From: Malacoraja senta
Lineage: Eukaryota
Reading direction: 5' to 3'
Assembly (NCBI GenBank): GCA_038087875.1
Contig: CM075995.1
Coordinates: 4,652,001-4,716,000 of the forward strand
DNA length: 64,000 nucleotides
This document shows, piece by piece, positions 61,051-64,000 of this stretch. Each line of letters starts with the position of its first letter. The first letter of the stretch is position 1. The notes under the pieces are model-generated. The model was given only the letters and a program-made list of their open reading frames with translations, ran no database searches and was not told where the DNA came from. A program made the translations under genes and the position numbers.

Positions 61051-62277
61051 AACTTTTCTTCTTCTCGTTTATTATATTGTTTACAGTGTACTATGTTTAC
61101 ATATTCTGTTGTGCTGCTGCAAGTAAGAATTTCAGTGTTCTATCTGGGACATATGACATTAAAACACCTTGATTCTTGACTCTTGAACATTATTTTTTTT
61201 TTAACCCAAATAAATCCAAAGTTAGACACAAAGTTCTGGAGTAACTCAACGGGGCAGGCAGCATAGTCATAGAGTGATACAGTGTGGAAACAGTCCCTTC
61301 GGCACAACTTTCCCCACACTGGCCAACATGGCCCAGCTACACTCGTCCCACCTGCCTGCGTTTGCCCCATATCCCTCCAATCCATGTACTTGTCTAACTG
61401 TTTCTTGAACGTTGGGATAGTCCCTGCCTCAACTTCGTCCTCTGGCAGCGTGTTCCATACACCCACCACCCTTTGTATGAATCTCTGTTTGCATCTCTGG
61501 AGAAAATGGATAGGTGATATTTCGGGACGAGACCTTTCTTCTTTGAACGTGAAATGTCACCTAATAATTTTCTCCAGGGATGCTCCACTGAGTAACTCCA
61601 GCATTTTGTGCCTATCCCTGGTATAAACCAGCATCTGCTGTTCCTTTTTAATTGAAGGTAGACACAAAAAACTGGAGTAACTCAGCAGGACAGGCAGCAT
61701 CTCTGGAGAGAAGGAATGGGTGGCGTTTCGGGTCGAGACCCTTTTTCAGACTTAGGGATAAGGGAAACGAGATATAGACGGTGATGTGGAGAGATTTAAA
61801 AAACTATGAATGAAAGATATGCAAAAAAAAGTAAAGGAAACTGGCCATTGTTAGCTTTTGGGGGGGGGGGGGGCTTGAAGCTGGTGCGACTTGGGTGGGG
61901 AAGGGATAGAGAGAGAATGCCGGGGCAACTTGAAGTTAGATACATCTTTTTTTAATTACTCTATTTCCACAGACTTGACTGGCTGAGTTCTTGCAGAGTT
62001 TCTATTTGTGTTTCCGTTTCCAGCATCTGCAGTTTTATTTGCACCGTAGCTGTAACAATAAGTTTCTCTTTGCACAGATGAGTGATTGCAGCATCTTATG
62101 TTTCTCTGAGTGAAGCGTGGGGGTTTTCGCTGCAACAGAGGGCGTGTTGTATGATCTGGGGGCAGGTCAATCACCGGGAGTGTGCGTCCCGGATTCTCAT
62201 CTGCTGCAGGAAGAGGTTTGCCTGCAACCCCTGATCACCTTCCCCGGCAAACAGCAGCCCGAACCAAATATCTGCCC

Positions 62278-62361
62278 ATGGCTGGGTCGTCTTTGAACAC
62301 TCTTCGACAGATCGTCCGGGCTTTGACGGGAGGAACCGGCTTCGATCGAATCTTGAATAAG
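62278..62361 (+). CDS. ACOT13: ACOT13 (acyl-CoA thioesterase 13 / THEM2) coding exon 1; later exons not seen in window
   Basis: cccATGG start, translates MAGSSLNTLRQIVRALTGGTGFDRILNK then AAG|GTGAAT donor. Resembles human ACOT13 exon 1 (...SLREVIKAMTKARNFERVLGK), and the head-to-head position with TDP2 matches human synteny. Confidence 0.85.
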
Positions 62362-63209
62362 GTGAATTGCTGACGGCCCTGTGCCAGCAGTGAGCATGCA
62401 AACATCACCAGCATTTACTCAAGGGCATTGCAAGAAACTCCAATATATACGCCGAATGCCTGCAAAGAAAGCTCGACTTTGCATTTATGCTTTCATACGT
62501 TTTTTTTGTAATCAAAATATTGTTCCTAGTTGTCAAGGCAGTTGCTCCGCCTGCTCTAAACTGCTAAGGGGATTTCTGCAAGGTGAGAGATTGGCCTTTC
62601 TTCACACCTCACACCTATCATTCTTTTAGCTGGGAATGGACACAAAATGCTGGAGTAACTCAGCGGGACAGGCAGCATCTCTGGAGGGAAGGAATGGGTG
62701 ACGTTTCGGGTAGCGACCCTTCTTCAGACTCCTATTCTTTCTATCAGGCTTTTGTTCCAATCATCTGCCTGTCACTAAACCCCCCTCGCCTGTGTCGACA
62801 TATTGCCTGCCACGCTTTGTCCTGCCTCCCCTTTTCCAGCTTTCTTCTCCCTCCCCCCCCCCCCCACCATACAATTACTGAAGAAAGGTCACCTATCCAT
62901 GTTCTCCAAAGATGCTGTCTGCCCTACTGAGTTACTCCTGCACTTTGTATATTAACCAGCATCTGCAGCTCTTAGTTTCTAGATATTTTACTAAAACGCG
63001 AGCATGGATCCGGTTCTTTTGACGTCCATAATCATCCATTTATTTGATACCATATTTAAAAACATGGTTTCAGTGTTGAAAGCACTAAACATGACAATTT
63101 GTTAGTAGAAAGACACCAAATATATGCTGGAGTAGCTCTGGAGGACATCTTGGTTGGCACGGGTGAGTTGGGCCAAAGAGCCTGTGTCCGTGCTGAATGA
63201 CTCTCTGTA

Positions 63210-63732
63210 ATAGAAACACAGAAAATAGGTGCAGGAGTAGGCCATTTGGCCTTCGAGCCAGCACGCCATTCAATATGATCATGGCTGATCATCCAAAATC
63301 AGTACCCCGTTTCTTCTATCTCCCCATATACCTTGATTACGTTAGCCCTAAGAGCTAAATCTAACCCTCTCTAGAAAACATCCAGTGAATTTGCCTCCTG
63401 TGGTAGTGAATTCTTCAGATTCACAACTCTCTGGGTGAATTGGCCTCGACTGCCATCTGTGGTAGAGAATTCCACAGATTCACAACTCTCTGGATAAAAA
63501 AGTTTTTCTTCATCTCAGTCCTAAATGGCCTACCCCTTATTCTTAAACTGTGACTCCCCCAACATCGAGAACATTTTTCCTACATCTAGCCTGTCCAATC
63601 CCTTAAGAATTATATATGTTTTTATAAGATTCCCCCTCATCCTTCTAAATTCCAGTGGATACATGCCGAGTCGATACATTCTTTCATCATACATCAGTCC
63701 CGTCATCCCAGGAATTACCCTGGTAAACCTAC
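63210..63732 (-). mobile_element. CR1 LINE 3' fragment with internal ~65-bp duplication
   Basis: CR1 3' UTR and RT C-terminus; gaatt...cagattcacaactctctgg is repeated at ~63390-63495. Confidence 0.8.
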
Positions 63733-64000
63733 ACCCCCTTGTGTTTCAACAGTATCCAAAGCCTTTCTCTCCAAGCTGATAAAACTGGAACCATCCTCCA
63801 AGTAATATATTAACAGCTGCAAAACGTCAGGCTGAGTCTCCCACAAGCAGCCAGAGCAGGTAGTTCTTATCCTGAGGATGATCTTAGTATCTCTTAACCA
63901 GTCAGTCACCAAGATTGGAATTTCCTCTGATTTGAATGTTGCATTTTTATTTTCTTGTATTTCATCCCACTTCCCACTTCACTGTCAACCATTCAGAGAC

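Overview
Vertebrate genomic DNA, inferred to be elasmobranch (skate/ray/shark-type) from HE1-like V-SINEs and the CR1/Rex1/L2/Penelope landscape. It holds one complete host gene, TDP2 (minus strand, 7 coding exons at 60612-22569, all GT-AG and phase-consistent, 398 aa, catalytic motifs intact). It also holds coding exon 1 of the head-to-head neighbour ACOT13 (plus strand, 62278-62361). Nearly everything else is transposon-derived. Main elements: (1) a degraded hAT fossil (~3463-12385) with five nested insertions, including a DIRS1 retrotransposon with complete ITR/ICR ends; (2) non-autonomous Helitrons, one carrying two 48-bp tandem arrays; (3) long CR1 copies, Rex1/Babar and L2 LINEs; (4) Harbinger-like and hAT-like MITEs; (5) Penelope-type fragments with minimal hammerhead cores. 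The most unusual observation is a pair of 22-24 bp 'collapsed' hAT elements with perfect 8-bp TSDs; their full-length relative and one empty-site paralog are also in the window. I found no evidence for a novel multi-gene system. Coordinates were read by eye and TE boundaries without TSDs are approximate.
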